Source: Betaproteobacteria bacterium UKL13-2
GTDB taxonomy: Bacteria > Pseudomonadota > Gammaproteobacteria > Burkholderiales > Usitatibacteraceae
Direction of reading: 5' to 3'
Length of the DNA: 32,000 nucleotides
Assembly: GCA_001602455.1 (NCBI GenBank)
Contig: CP012157.1
Location: 25,733-57,732 of the forward strand
Position numbers and translations under genes: made by a program. The notes beneath the pieces are model-generated. The model was not told the origin of the DNA and did not search any database. It was given only the letters and a program-made list of their open reading frames with translations. How positions within the stretch are numbered: the stretch's first letter is position 1; every line of letters begins with the position of its first letter. Shown here in pieces: positions 16,614 to 24,973 of the stretch.

Positions 16614-17639
16614 TCATATGGCACTTTTCTCACGGAAATCACGGAGATCGCTGCGATCACGCGGCTCGTCGGGACGATTGATCGTATCCATTGGTGCGCG
16701 TCCTTGCAGCGCGGCAATTATGTTGTCCGTTGCACGGTGCTCGATCGCCAATCTCACTTTACGCACTGCTGAGCCAAGATGCGGCGTAAATACGGTGTTG
16801 TGGTGCGCCAACAATTTTGCGTCAATCTGCGCTGGTCGGTCCGACAGCGACCAATCCTCACACGCAAATACGTCGGCCGCGTAGCCACCGAGCTGACCGT
16901 CGTCAAGCGCCTGCAAGACTGCCGACTCATCCACGACAGAGCCGCGCCCGACATTAATCAATAGCTGTCCGGTCTTAGCGGTGGCGATCTGCGGCGCACC
17001 GATCAGGCTAAGTGAATCAGCCGTCAGTGGCACGGCAACGAAGACAAAATCGGCGCGCGCCATGGCTTCTGCGAGTGAACACGGTGTGACGTTGGCGTGT
17101 TGCCCGTGTGGGTCAACACCGAGAATTTGCGCGCAGCCAAATCCGCCGAGTTGATCCGCAATCGCGCATCCCACCTGTCCAAGGCCGATGATGGCGATGG
17201 TTGAGCCGCGCAAGCCGGTACCAAAGTAATGCGAGCGCCACCCGTCAAATTTGCCGGAGCGCACATACGCGTCACCCTGACGCAGGTGGCGGCCAAGTGC
17301 GATGGCGAGGCCAATCGCAAGCTCGGCGGTGGGCTCAGTGAGCAAGTCCGGAACAATAGTCAACCAGACACCGGCCGACGTACACGCCTCGACGTCATAA
17401 CTATCGAACCCTTTGAGCGCAGCGGCGACAATTTGCAAATGCGGCGCGCCAGCGATTGTCTCGGCGTCCACGCAATCGGTCATAAAACCCATCATGGCGG
17501 TGGCATCAGCCAAGTGCGACATGAGCTCGCTGCGCGTCCAAGGTGTATTGGATGAATTCACCACCACTTCACCGATCTGCGCGAGGCGATCCCTCACCTC
17601 CGTGTGTATCGGATTGGTAACGACAATTTTATGTGTCAC
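16614..17639 (-). CDS. ptxD: NAD-dependent phosphite dehydrogenase (D-2-hydroxyacid dehydrogenase family)
   Basis: Long collinear resemblance to Pseudomonas stutzeri PtxD as I remember it. Matching stretches include ALKGFD..DV.ACT..GVWLT.VPDLLT.PTAELAIGLA..LGRHLR..DA.VRSG.F.GW, GGYAADVF..EDW...DRP..ID..LLAH.NT.FTPH.GSAVR.VRL.IE. GTG start preceded by GGGAAG. Lies downstream of a phosphonate-type ABC transporter. Confidence 0.88.
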   Translation of the reverse strand: MTHKIVVTNPIHTEVRDRLAQIGEVVVNSSNTPWTRSELMSHLADATAMMGFMTDCVDAETIAGAPHLQIVAAALKGFDSYDVEACTSAGVWLTIVPDLLTEPTAELAIGLAIALGRHLRQGDAYVRSGKFDGWRSHYFGTGLRGSTIAIIGLGQVGCAIADQLGGFGCAQILGVDPHGQHANVTPCSLAEAMARADFVFVAVPLTADSLSLIGAPQIATAKTGQLLINVGRGSVVDESAVLQALDDGQLGGYAADVFACEDWSLSDRPAQIDAKLLAHHNTVFTPHLGSAVRKVRLAIEHRATDNIIAALQGRAPMDTINRPDEPRDRSDLRDFREKSAI

Positions 17640-17665
17640 GTTCTTCCCTATTTGAGTTGCTTGCG

Positions 17666-18472
17666 TTACTTCAGTTGCTTGCGCAACGTCGCACCGATGG
17701 CATCAACCACCACGACACAGGCGAGAATGGTGAGCAAGATTGCAGAAACTTCGTCGTACTTGATGAGGCGCAATGCGGCCATCAATTCAAAACCGATCCC
17801 GCCTGCGCCGACGATGCCCAGTACGGTTGAGGCGCGAAAGTGATACTCCCAGCGGTAGATTGTGATGTCTGCGAGTTGGGGAAGCACTTGCGGCAATACC
17901 GCATGGGAAATGACTTGGAATCGGCTGCTACCCGCAGCAACGGCGGCTTCGAGTGGTTTGGGGTCAACATGTTCAATGGCTTCGGCATAGAACTTCGCCA
18001 CCATACCCACTGAATGCAGCGCCAGCGCCAAGACCCCCGGTAAGGCGCCGAACCCGACGGCCGCAACAAACAGGATACCGAGAATAATTTCGGGTACGCA
18101 TCGAAACGCGGCGAGCACAATGCGCGAGACTCGGTACAGCACTGGGTGCGGCGTGGTGTTTGACGCGGCAAGAAGTGATAGCGGCCACGAAATCAACACC
18201 GCAAGCGCCGTACCGGCAATCGACATGGCAAGCGTGTCGAGCAATGGTCTGAGCCAGCTTTTCCAGCGTGCAAAGTTAGGCGGCGTCATTTCGGTGGCGA
18301 GCTGCCAAATGGCGGGCGCACCCTCGACAAATCGAGCGGCGTCGAAGAAGCCGCTAATCCAAAGCGCCGCGATACAGACGGCGACGACAACTGCCACCAG
18401 CCGTAGTTGGCGCCAGCGCAGTTTCTGATCTTGCGCGAGGATTTCGCCAAATTGTGCTGGTTGGCTGCTCAT
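17666..18472 (-). CDS. ptxC: phosphite/phosphonate ABC transporter permease (PhnE family)
   Basis: 268-aa polytopic protein with a PhnE-like pattern. The ATG overlaps the ptxB stop (TAATG). Confidence 0.85.
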   Translation of the reverse strand: MSSQPAQFGEILAQDQKLRWRQLRLVAVVVAVCIAALWISGFFDAARFVEGAPAIWQLATEMTPPNFARWKSWLRPLLDTLAMSIAGTALAVLISWPLSLLAASNTTPHPVLYRVSRIVLAAFRCVPEIILGILFVAAVGFGALPGVLALALHSVGMVAKFYAEAIEHVDPKPLEAAVAAGSSRFQVISHAVLPQVLPQLADITIYRWEYHFRASTVLGIVGAGGIGFELMAALRLIKYDEVSAILLTILACVVVVDAIGATLRKQLK

Positions 18473-19347
18473 TACTTCATCTTTGCCAAGTCGAGTTTCA
18501 AGACTTTTGCCGTGTCACGCAACACGTCGTATGCCTTGTCATCGGTTGGGGCAAAGGACTCCACGCGGAAAGACTTCAACACTTCTTTGTCCTTCATGTC
18601 CAAGAATGCCGACCGAATTGCCTGCTTGAGCGCCGGGGCAAGATTGCCTTGCATCACGATCGGATAATTCGGAATCGCGGGCGAGAGGTCGAGCTGCACC
18701 ACCTTTGCGGCGTCGATGGTTCCACGGGTCACCAAATTGTCGAAGATCGGTTTGGACAGCGCACCTGCTGGCACTTGCCCTGCCTGCACCGCCCGAGCAA
18801 CCGCATCGTGGGTGCCGAGGTGAACCGGTTTGTAATCTTTATCACCATCGAGACCAGCTTTATTCAGCAGGTGAGCACGCGGCGCGAGATGGCTGGAGGT
18901 CGACGCCTGATCACCAAAGCCGAACGGCTTACCGCGCACATCGGCCAGCGTCTTTACCGATCCGTTTGCGGTGGCAATCAGAATTGAGTTGTAGAACGGC
19001 GCACCGCGCTCAACCCCCACTGCGAAAGGCTCGATATCAGGCGCCCGTGATTTCGCCAGCACGTATGAGAACGGACCAAAGTACGCGACTTCGATACGAC
19101 CAAAGCGCATCGCTTCGATCATTGAAGAGTAGTCGGTCGTGACGACCAGCTCGATTTCTTTTTTCAGCGTCTTTTCTAGATACGCCTTGAGTGGCTGTGC
19201 ATTTTGAATAAGGGTGCTGGCGTTTTCATCGGGTAGAAGTGCCACTCGGAGCTTTGCTGGATCGCGCGACTGTGCGACCGCTGACAAACTCAGCGTGGCG
19301 AAGAGTGTGGCAAGTGCCAAGACGAAAGTACGACGAAAGACATTCAT
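18472..19347 (-). CDS. ptxB: phosphite/phosphonate ABC transporter periplasmic binding protein (PhnD family)
   Basis: Signal peptide MNVFRRTFVLALATLFATLSLSAVA. PhnD-like motifs are TDYSSMIEAMRFGRIEVAYFGP and FGDQASTSSHL. AGGAGA SD. Confidence 0.87.
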   Translation of the reverse strand: MNVFRRTFVLALATLFATLSLSAVAQSRDPAKLRVALLPDENASTLIQNAQPLKAYLEKTLKKEIELVVTTDYSSMIEAMRFGRIEVAYFGPFSYVLAKSRAPDIEPFAVGVERGAPFYNSILIATANGSVKTLADVRGKPFGFGDQASTSSHLAPRAHLLNKAGLDGDKDYKPVHLGTHDAVARAVQAGQVPAGALSKPIFDNLVTRGTIDAAKVVQLDLSPAIPNYPIVMQGNLAPALKQAIRSAFLDMKDKEVLKSFRVESFAPTDDKAYDVLRDTAKVLKLDLAKMK

Positions 19348-19361
19348 GATTTCTCCTGAAA

Positions 19362-20243
19362 TTAGACAACTGAAAATTCGTTTGTTTGGGTACTGGCCGC
19401 CGGTCGCACCTGCGCATCTATCTGCATTGGGCGCTGGCTTGTGGGTTCATAAATTTGCTGCACCGCCGCCTGGGTAAGCGCAGCCGGTACACCGTCGAAC
19501 ACCACCTGGCCACCGTGCAATCCAACGATGCGGTCGGCGAACTGTTTGGCAAATTCGACTTGATGCAGGCTGATGACAGCCGTGAGTCCGTCGGTTTTGC
19601 AGATGTCACGCAACAAACCAAGCAGCCGCTCTGCGGTGGCCGGATCTAGGCTCGCGACCGGCTCATCCGCGAGTAGCAAGGTGGGCTCTTGCACCAGCGC
19701 ACGGGCAACACCGACCCGCTGTTGTTGTCCGCCGGAAAGTTGGTCTGCTCGGTGAAGCGCACGGTCCAGTAAGCCCACGCGATCAAGCGCCCGCAATGCC
19801 AAATGTTTATCGCTCGTCGCCCACGGCATGAGTGAGCCGAGGCTGCTGCAATAACCGAGCCTTCCCATCAACACATTTGCCAGCACCGATTGGCGGCCGA
19901 TGAGGTGGTGCTGCTGAAACACCATCCCAGTACGTCGCCGATGGGCGCGTAGGCTGGCCTTTTGGCGGATATCGCCATGCTCGACAGAAACGATCTTGCC
20001 TGCGGTCGGCGTGACTAAACCATTCAGACAACGTAATAGCGTGGATTTGCCTGCGCCTGAGGGACCAAGCAACACCACAAACTCACCGCCGATAAAAGAC
20101 AGTGTGGTGGGACGAAGTGCCGCAACACCATTGCCATACGTTACTGCACAATCTAACGCTCGGAGTACCGGCTCGCGGAGGAATGGTGGTTTGGAAGGCG
20201 TGTGATCTTGCAATTTGGTCAACCAGTGAGCTTTATCGCCCAA
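19362..20243 (-). CDS. ptxA: phosphite/phosphonate ABC transporter ATP-binding protein (PhnC family)
   Basis: Walker A GPSGAGKST, signature LSGGQQQR and Walker B LLLADEP. The start in the track is a TTG and no in-frame ATG occurs in the N-terminal region, so the exact start is uncertain. Confidence 0.85.
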   Translation of the reverse strand: MGDKAHWLTKLQDHTPSKPPFLREPVLRALDCAVTYGNGVAALRPTTLSFIGGEFVVLLGPSGAGKSTLLRCLNGLVTPTAGKIVSVEHGDIRQKASLRAHRRRTGMVFQQHHLIGRQSVLANVLMGRLGYCSSLGSLMPWATSDKHLALRALDRVGLLDRALHRADQLSGGQQQRVGVARALVQEPTLLLADEPVASLDPATAERLLGLLRDICKTDGLTAVISLHQVEFAKQFADRIVGLHGGQVVFDGVPAALTQAAVQQIYEPTSQRPMQIDAQVRPAASTQTNEFSVV

Positions 20244-20333
20244 ACATGGGGCACGGCCTCACTCTGAACGCCAAGCATGACAAGCGAGTTAATAAAACCG
20301 TCATATCAGACGATTAACCTATAGATCAAAACT

Positions 20334-21239
20334 ATGGATACATCTTCTTCCGCTGAATTACGTGCGTTCGACGCCACTTTCCGTACCGGCAGTATGTCGG
20401 CGGCGGCCAACCTTCTCGGCATTCGCCAGCCGACTGTTTCTGCACACATCGCCAACCTCGAACGGCAATTTGGCTCAGACCTATTTGTACGGCATGGACG
20501 CGGGCTACAACCAACCGAGATGGCGCGACGCCTTGCCGAGATAACCAGCCGCATCTCCCGCGCAGAGGACGACGCCGCACTGCTGTTGGCGAGCGTTCGT
20601 AGCCAATACGAGGGCACGCTGCGCGTCTGCGCGATCGGCCCCTACAACGTCATGCCTATCATTGCCGCATTTCGCGCCAAGTATCCGCGCATCCGCATCG
20701 CAATGACGGTCGGTGATTCGCGCAGTGTCGTGCGCTCGGTCACCGATCATCAGCAAGATGTCGGGCTGATCTTGCACGCGGTCGAAGACACAGCGATCCA
20801 TTGTGTGCCCTTCAGGCGACAGCCGCTGGTTGTATTTGCCGAGAAACATCATCCTCTCGCCACTCGCGGCTCAGTCGATTTACAGTTGCTCGACGGCCAA
20901 GAATTTGTGCTGCGTGAAGAGGGCTCGCAAACACGCAAGGTGTTTGAAGCGGGAATGCGCGATGCCGGGATTCGGATTCGCTGCGCGATTGAAGTGGGCA
21001 GCCGAGAGTCAGTACGCGAAGCCGTCGCACAACGGCTAGGGCTCGGTATCGTGGCCAAAACAGCGTTTGTGCCTGACCCAAGGCTGGTCGCACTGGATGT
21101 TCGCGGGCTCACGCTTGCTACCCATGTCCATCTCATCTGTCTAGCCGAACGAAAATCTGACGCGCTTGTTGAGCGCTTTTTACAAACTGCGGAATTACTC
21201 AAACCCGATACTCAACCAGACACCAACAAACACCGGTAA
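20334..21239 (+). CDS. LysR-family transcriptional regulator, divergent from ptxA (PtxE-like by context)
   Basis: N-terminal wHTH LRAFDATFRTGSMSAAANLLGIRQPTVSAHIANLE plus a LysR substrate-binding domain. Confidence 0.87.
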   Translation: MDTSSSAELRAFDATFRTGSMSAAANLLGIRQPTVSAHIANLERQFGSDLFVRHGRGLQPTEMARRLAEITSRISRAEDDAALLLASVRSQYEGTLRVCAIGPYNVMPIIAAFRAKYPRIRIAMTVGDSRSVVRSVTDHQQDVGLILHAVEDTAIHCVPFRRQPLVVFAEKHHPLATRGSVDLQLLDGQEFVLREEGSQTRKVFEAGMRDAGIRIRCAIEVGSRESVREAVAQRLGLGIVAKTAFVPDPRLVALDVRGLTLATHVHLICLAERKSDALVERFLQTAELLKPDTQPDTNKHR

Positions 21240-21479
21240 AGACGGCTATTTCCGAGCGATTGCGCCGACTTGCCATATGCGGCGGGCGTCTGTGAACCGC
21301 CCCTGTATGCACTGATCGACGCAATGGGCTCATTCTAAAACTCCTTTGGATGTCGCGAAGTCAGAAACTGCGGTCCCCGGCCGCTGTGCATTGTGGCCCG
21401 CCGAACCAACCTTTGGCGCGAAGATTGCTAGACTTGGACATATCGTTTCCCGAAACATCAAGGCATCATCCGTCTTAAC

Positions 21480-22229
21480 ATGGTCGTTCAACTCATCAAG
21501 CCGGTACTCGCGCCGATGCTCATCGCACAGGCAAAACGCCTGCGCCGTATCGCACTCGAATTGCCCGAACCATCTGGCGAGCGGCATGGCGTGGCTAGGG
21601 CACCCGATGCAGTTAGAGGGTTACCTGCACTTTCAATACTGATCGCCGGTGATTCATCCGCCGCAGGCGTCGGTGCGGCGACGCAGGCCGAGGCCTTGGC
21701 CCCGCAACTGGCCGCCGCACTGGCGCAACGAATCGGGCGCGATGTCCGCTGGCACCTATTTGCACAAACAGGCTTAACGTCGGCGGGCGTACTCACATTG
21801 TTACGCACAAAGTCGCTGCCGTCGGCCGACGCGGCGGTCGTTATTGTCGGGGTAAATGACATCACCAACAATGTTGCCATCGGTCATGCGCTACGCGCGC
21901 GCAATCGAATTTTGCGTCTGTTGCAGGAGCGCACGGGCCTCCGGCACGTGTTGTTTCCGGGCCTGCCTGCGGTAGAGCGTTTTCCGTTGTTGCCTCAACC
22001 GCTCGCTTGGTATGGTGGTGCGGAAGCGCGACGCAGCAATAGCATGCAAGCCCGTTGGGCGGCCCATCCACGCCGTGCCTCGCTGGTCTCGCATCTGCCG
22101 ATGGACGGGTTCACACATCCCCAACTGATGGCAGAAGATGGTTTCCATCCCTCATCGGTATTGTATTCAATGGTGGCAGCACACTTTGCCGAACACCTTG
22201 CGTTAAGAGTTGAATCGCTGCCGCGTTGA
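21480..22229 (+). CDS. SGNH/GDSL-family hydrolase
   Basis: Block I IAGDSSAAGVG, block III VGVNDI and block V DGFHPS. Confidence 0.8.
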   Translation: MVVQLIKPVLAPMLIAQAKRLRRIALELPEPSGERHGVARAPDAVRGLPALSILIAGDSSAAGVGAATQAEALAPQLAAALAQRIGRDVRWHLFAQTGLTSAGVLTLLRTKSLPSADAAVVIVGVNDITNNVAIGHALRARNRILRLLQERTGLRHVLFPGLPAVERFPLLPQPLAWYGGAEARRSNSMQARWAAHPRRASLVSHLPMDGFTHPQLMAEDGFHPSSVLYSMVAAHFAEHLALRVESLPR

Positions 22230-22233
22230 CCTG

Positions 22234-22286
22234 GCCTGAATGCTTCACCGGCAGCCCGCCGCTTCGGAGGCGCGTTGACTACGCGG
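22234..22286 (+). repeat. diverged REP-like element 45 bp upstream of the RAYT-like gene
   Basis: GCCTGAATGCTTCACCGGCAGCCCGCCGCTTCGGAGGCGCGTTGACTACGCGG aligns with the L-type arm, at roughly 70% identity by eye. Confidence 0.55.
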
Positions 22287-22331
22287 AATTAAAGGGGTCA
22301 CCCATAATAATCGCTGGGCTATTATGCCCAA

Positions 22332-23045
22332 ATGCCCCGTCGCCCTCGCATCCAACTCGATAACGTCCCGCTCCACATCGTGCAGCGCGGCCACAACCGC
22401 GAGGCGTGCTTCTCGGGCGTTGAAGACTACCAAAGCTACTTGTACTGGCTAGAAGAAGCGCTCCACAACCATGATTGCAAGCTGCACGCCTACGTGCTCA
22501 TGACAAACCATGTTCACCTCTTGCTCACCCCCAAGAAGGCTAATCTCGTTCCACGCTTGATCATGTCCATCGGTCGCCGCTATGTCCAATACATCAACCG
22601 AACCTACGGCCGCACCGGCGCACTGTGGGATAGCCGCTATAAGTCTTCTGTGGTGCATGCGGATAGCTACCTGTTGACCTGCCAGCGCTATATCGAACTG
22701 AACCCCGTCCGTGCGGCGATGGTGGACGACGCCGCACACTACCGTTGGAGCAGCTACCGCCACAACGCACTCGGGCAACCCGACTCTCGTCTGTCGCCGC
22801 ATCCGGTCTATACCGCCATGGCGGCGAGCGACAAAGCGCGGCAAGCAGCCTATCGTGCCCTGTTTCGAGCCGAACTCGATTCGGATGCGATTGACGACAT
22901 CAGGCTGGCGCTGAATCAAAATCAACCAATCGGCAGTAACCGATTTCATACGCAGATTGCGAAGAAACTGGGCGAGCGGCGCGAAGCGCGACCGCGTGGC
23001 CGACCTCGGCTAAAATCGAATGCCGAAGAAGTGCTGCCGGGGTAA
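22332..23045 (+). CDS. REP-associated tyrosine transposase-like protein (IS200/IS605 Y1 HUH family, COG1943 type)
   Basis: PRRPRI...HIVQRGHNREACF N-terminus, HUH motif NHVHLLL and catalytic-Tyr region CQRYIELNPVRA. No adjacent tnpB and no IS ends were seen. Confidence 0.85.
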   Translation: MPRRPRIQLDNVPLHIVQRGHNREACFSGVEDYQSYLYWLEEALHNHDCKLHAYVLMTNHVHLLLTPKKANLVPRLIMSIGRRYVQYINRTYGRTGALWDSRYKSSVVHADSYLLTCQRYIELNPVRAAMVDDAAHYRWSSYRHNALGQPDSRLSPHPVYTAMAASDKARQAAYRALFRAELDSDAIDDIRLALNQNQPIGSNRFHTQIAKKLGERREARPRGRPRLKSNAEEVLPG

Positions 23046-23251
23046 GGCAGGCGCTATTGCAGTGAGAATAGTTGTCGCTGACTCGTTTGATCCCGGCTTT
23101 GATTCTGCTCTTCAGCAAGTCAAGACACCGCAACAGGTTCTCTCAGCGGTTGACTCTCCGCGGGGCATGCCAACGGCGGGTATCGGCAGATCTATTCGGC
23201 GTCGCCTGCCAACGTTTCTTTCCTGTTTCTCTATCAATCACTGACAAGCAC

Positions 23252-24035
23252 ATGCGCACCATCAACGTCGTCTCAAAATCTGTCGCGGTGGCTGCGCGCA
23301 AGCGTCTGCTGACGATGCATTTTGAAAGTGGAGTTGGTCACATCGGGGAAATCTATCGGCGCTTGATGCGCTGCTTGTAGTGTGGCATGAATTTATTACT
23401 GGTCAGGGCCGTTTCATACTTTCGAAGGGCCATGCGGCAGGCGCGCTCTACGTTGCCTTGTGGAGTGCGGGTAGGCTGACTGACCTTGACCTAAAAACGT
23501 TCCACCAAGACAACACGCTCCTCGCCGGCCATCCGCCGACGACTGGAATGCCGATATTCCGTTTGCGACGGGTAGTCTCGGCCACGGCCTGTCGTTAGCG
23601 GCGGGCACCGCGTTGGCCATGAAGTTGCGCGGACAGTCCGACCGCGTGTTTTGCATGACATCAGACGGCGAGTGGCAGGAAGGGTCCACTTGGGAAGCAT
23701 TAATCTTCGCCTGTCATCACAAACTCACTAATTTGACGGTACTCGTTGACCACAATGGACTACAAGGTTTTGGCACGACCGCGTCGGTTGCGTCGATGTC
23801 ACCGCTGCACGAAAAGCTCCTCGGTTTTGATGTCAAAGTAACCAGCGTCAACGGCCACGACTTGTCGAGCATCCGTGACGCGCTGAGTGCGTCTCCACTT
23901 AAGTTACACATCATTGTGTTGGAGACCATCAAAGGGCATGGTGTCCGCTTTATGGAGAACAGGCTTGAGTGGCACTATTTGCCACTCAGCCCCGAACAAT
24001 TCCACGCTGCTATCGAAGATATTGGGCGGATATGA
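23252..24035 (+). pseudogene. transketolase N-terminal (TPP-binding) subunit, interrupted by two 1-nt frameshifts
   Basis: Three frames join into one product: MRTINV...ESGVGHIG | (G)NLSALDALLVVWHEFITGQGRFILSKGHAAGALY...LAGHPPTTGMP | (D)IPFATGSLGHGLSLAAGTALAMKL...SDGEWQEGSTWEA...VDHNGLQ...GHG. The shifts lie at about 23343-23352 (G4A3 run) and about 23551-23556. Confidence 0.75.
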
Positions 24036-24940
24036 GAAAACAGCTTTGCGACGCCTTAATGCTGCGTGCGCCCAACCCTAACACCGTATGCTTGACTGGC
24101 GACCTCGGGTTTATGGCGCTTGAACCGCTGCAAAACGCGATGGGCCCACGATTCATCAACGCGGGCGTTGCAGAACAAAACATGGTTTCGGTCGCCGCTG
24201 GCCTTGCGCGGCATCAATTTGAAGTGTGGCTTTACAGCATTGCGCCATTTTGCTACGCGCGCCCATTCGAACAGATTCGCAATGACGTCGCCTTTCATCA
24301 TTTGCCGGTAAAGCTCATCGGCAATGGTGGCGGCTACGCCTACGGCGTAATGGGTCCGACGCACCACGCAATCGAAGACTACGGCGTGCTGCTTTGTTTG
24401 CCCAATATGCGGGTCTTCGTGCCGGCCTTCGACGAGGATGTCGGTGAAAGCATCGCGCGCGCCGCGACGCTGGAGACACCGTCCTACACTAGGCTTGGCC
24501 GAGGCGAACCACCACCGGGGTACACTGTGCCCACCTATGCGCCGTGGCGTCAACTTGCGCACGGTTCAGGCGGTGTATTGATTGTTGTCGGTCCGTTAGT
24601 CGGCACCTATCTAGAAGCAATCTTGCCGTTAGCAGATCAACAGCGTCCAAATCTCTGGGTGATTAGCGAATTGCCACTTAGTGCAAACCCGATGCCGCCT
24701 GCGCTGATTTCGCAGATCGTCGAGGCAACCCGGCTTCACGTCGCCGAGGAGCACGTTGCACAGGGCGGGTTCGCTTCTGCACTACTGCTCTATCTCGCGC
24801 AGCACGGCATTCGTGTGCCAGAGTTCCACTATCTCCATGCGCGGGCACATCATTTCAAACGCTACGGGTCGCAGCGCTTCTTGCGCGAACAATCGATGCT
24901 GGACGCACCCGCGCTACTCGCTTTACTGCAGAAAAAATAG
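24032..24940 (+). CDS. transketolase C-terminal (pyrimidine-binding) subunit
   Basis: MRKQLCDAL...TGDLGF...FINAGVAEQNMVSVAAGLA...PFCYARPFEQIRNDV. ATGA overlap with the stop of the N-subunit. Confidence 0.85.
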   Translation: MRKQLCDALMLRAPNPNTVCLTGDLGFMALEPLQNAMGPRFINAGVAEQNMVSVAAGLARHQFEVWLYSIAPFCYARPFEQIRNDVAFHHLPVKLIGNGGGYAYGVMGPTHHAIEDYGVLLCLPNMRVFVPAFDEDVGESIARAATLETPSYTRLGRGEPPPGYTVPTYAPWRQLAHGSGGVLIVVGPLVGTYLEAILPLADQQRPNLWVISELPLSANPMPPALISQIVEATRLHVAEEHVAQGGFASALLLYLAQHGIRVPEFHYLHARAHHFKRYGSQRFLREQSMLDAPALLALLQKK

Positions 24941-24973
24941 CTTAAGTGGCGCAACCTACTCGTCCCAAATAAT

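Noticed and set aside
20244-20333. Regulatory sites in the ptxA/LysR divergent region: ATAAAACCGTCATAT (T-N11-A, 20292-20306) and a single TGTCAT Pho half-site (20268-20285, minus strand)
   Set aside because: Both are minimal motifs expected by chance in a 90-bp AT-richer spacer, and there is no second Pho half-site at 11-bp phasing. I note them only as places to look.
21330-21587. 85-aa minus-strand ORF upstream of, and overlapping, the SGNH hydrolase start
   Set aside because: It overlaps the 5' end of a well-supported gene on the other strand, has no SD and matches no recognisable family.
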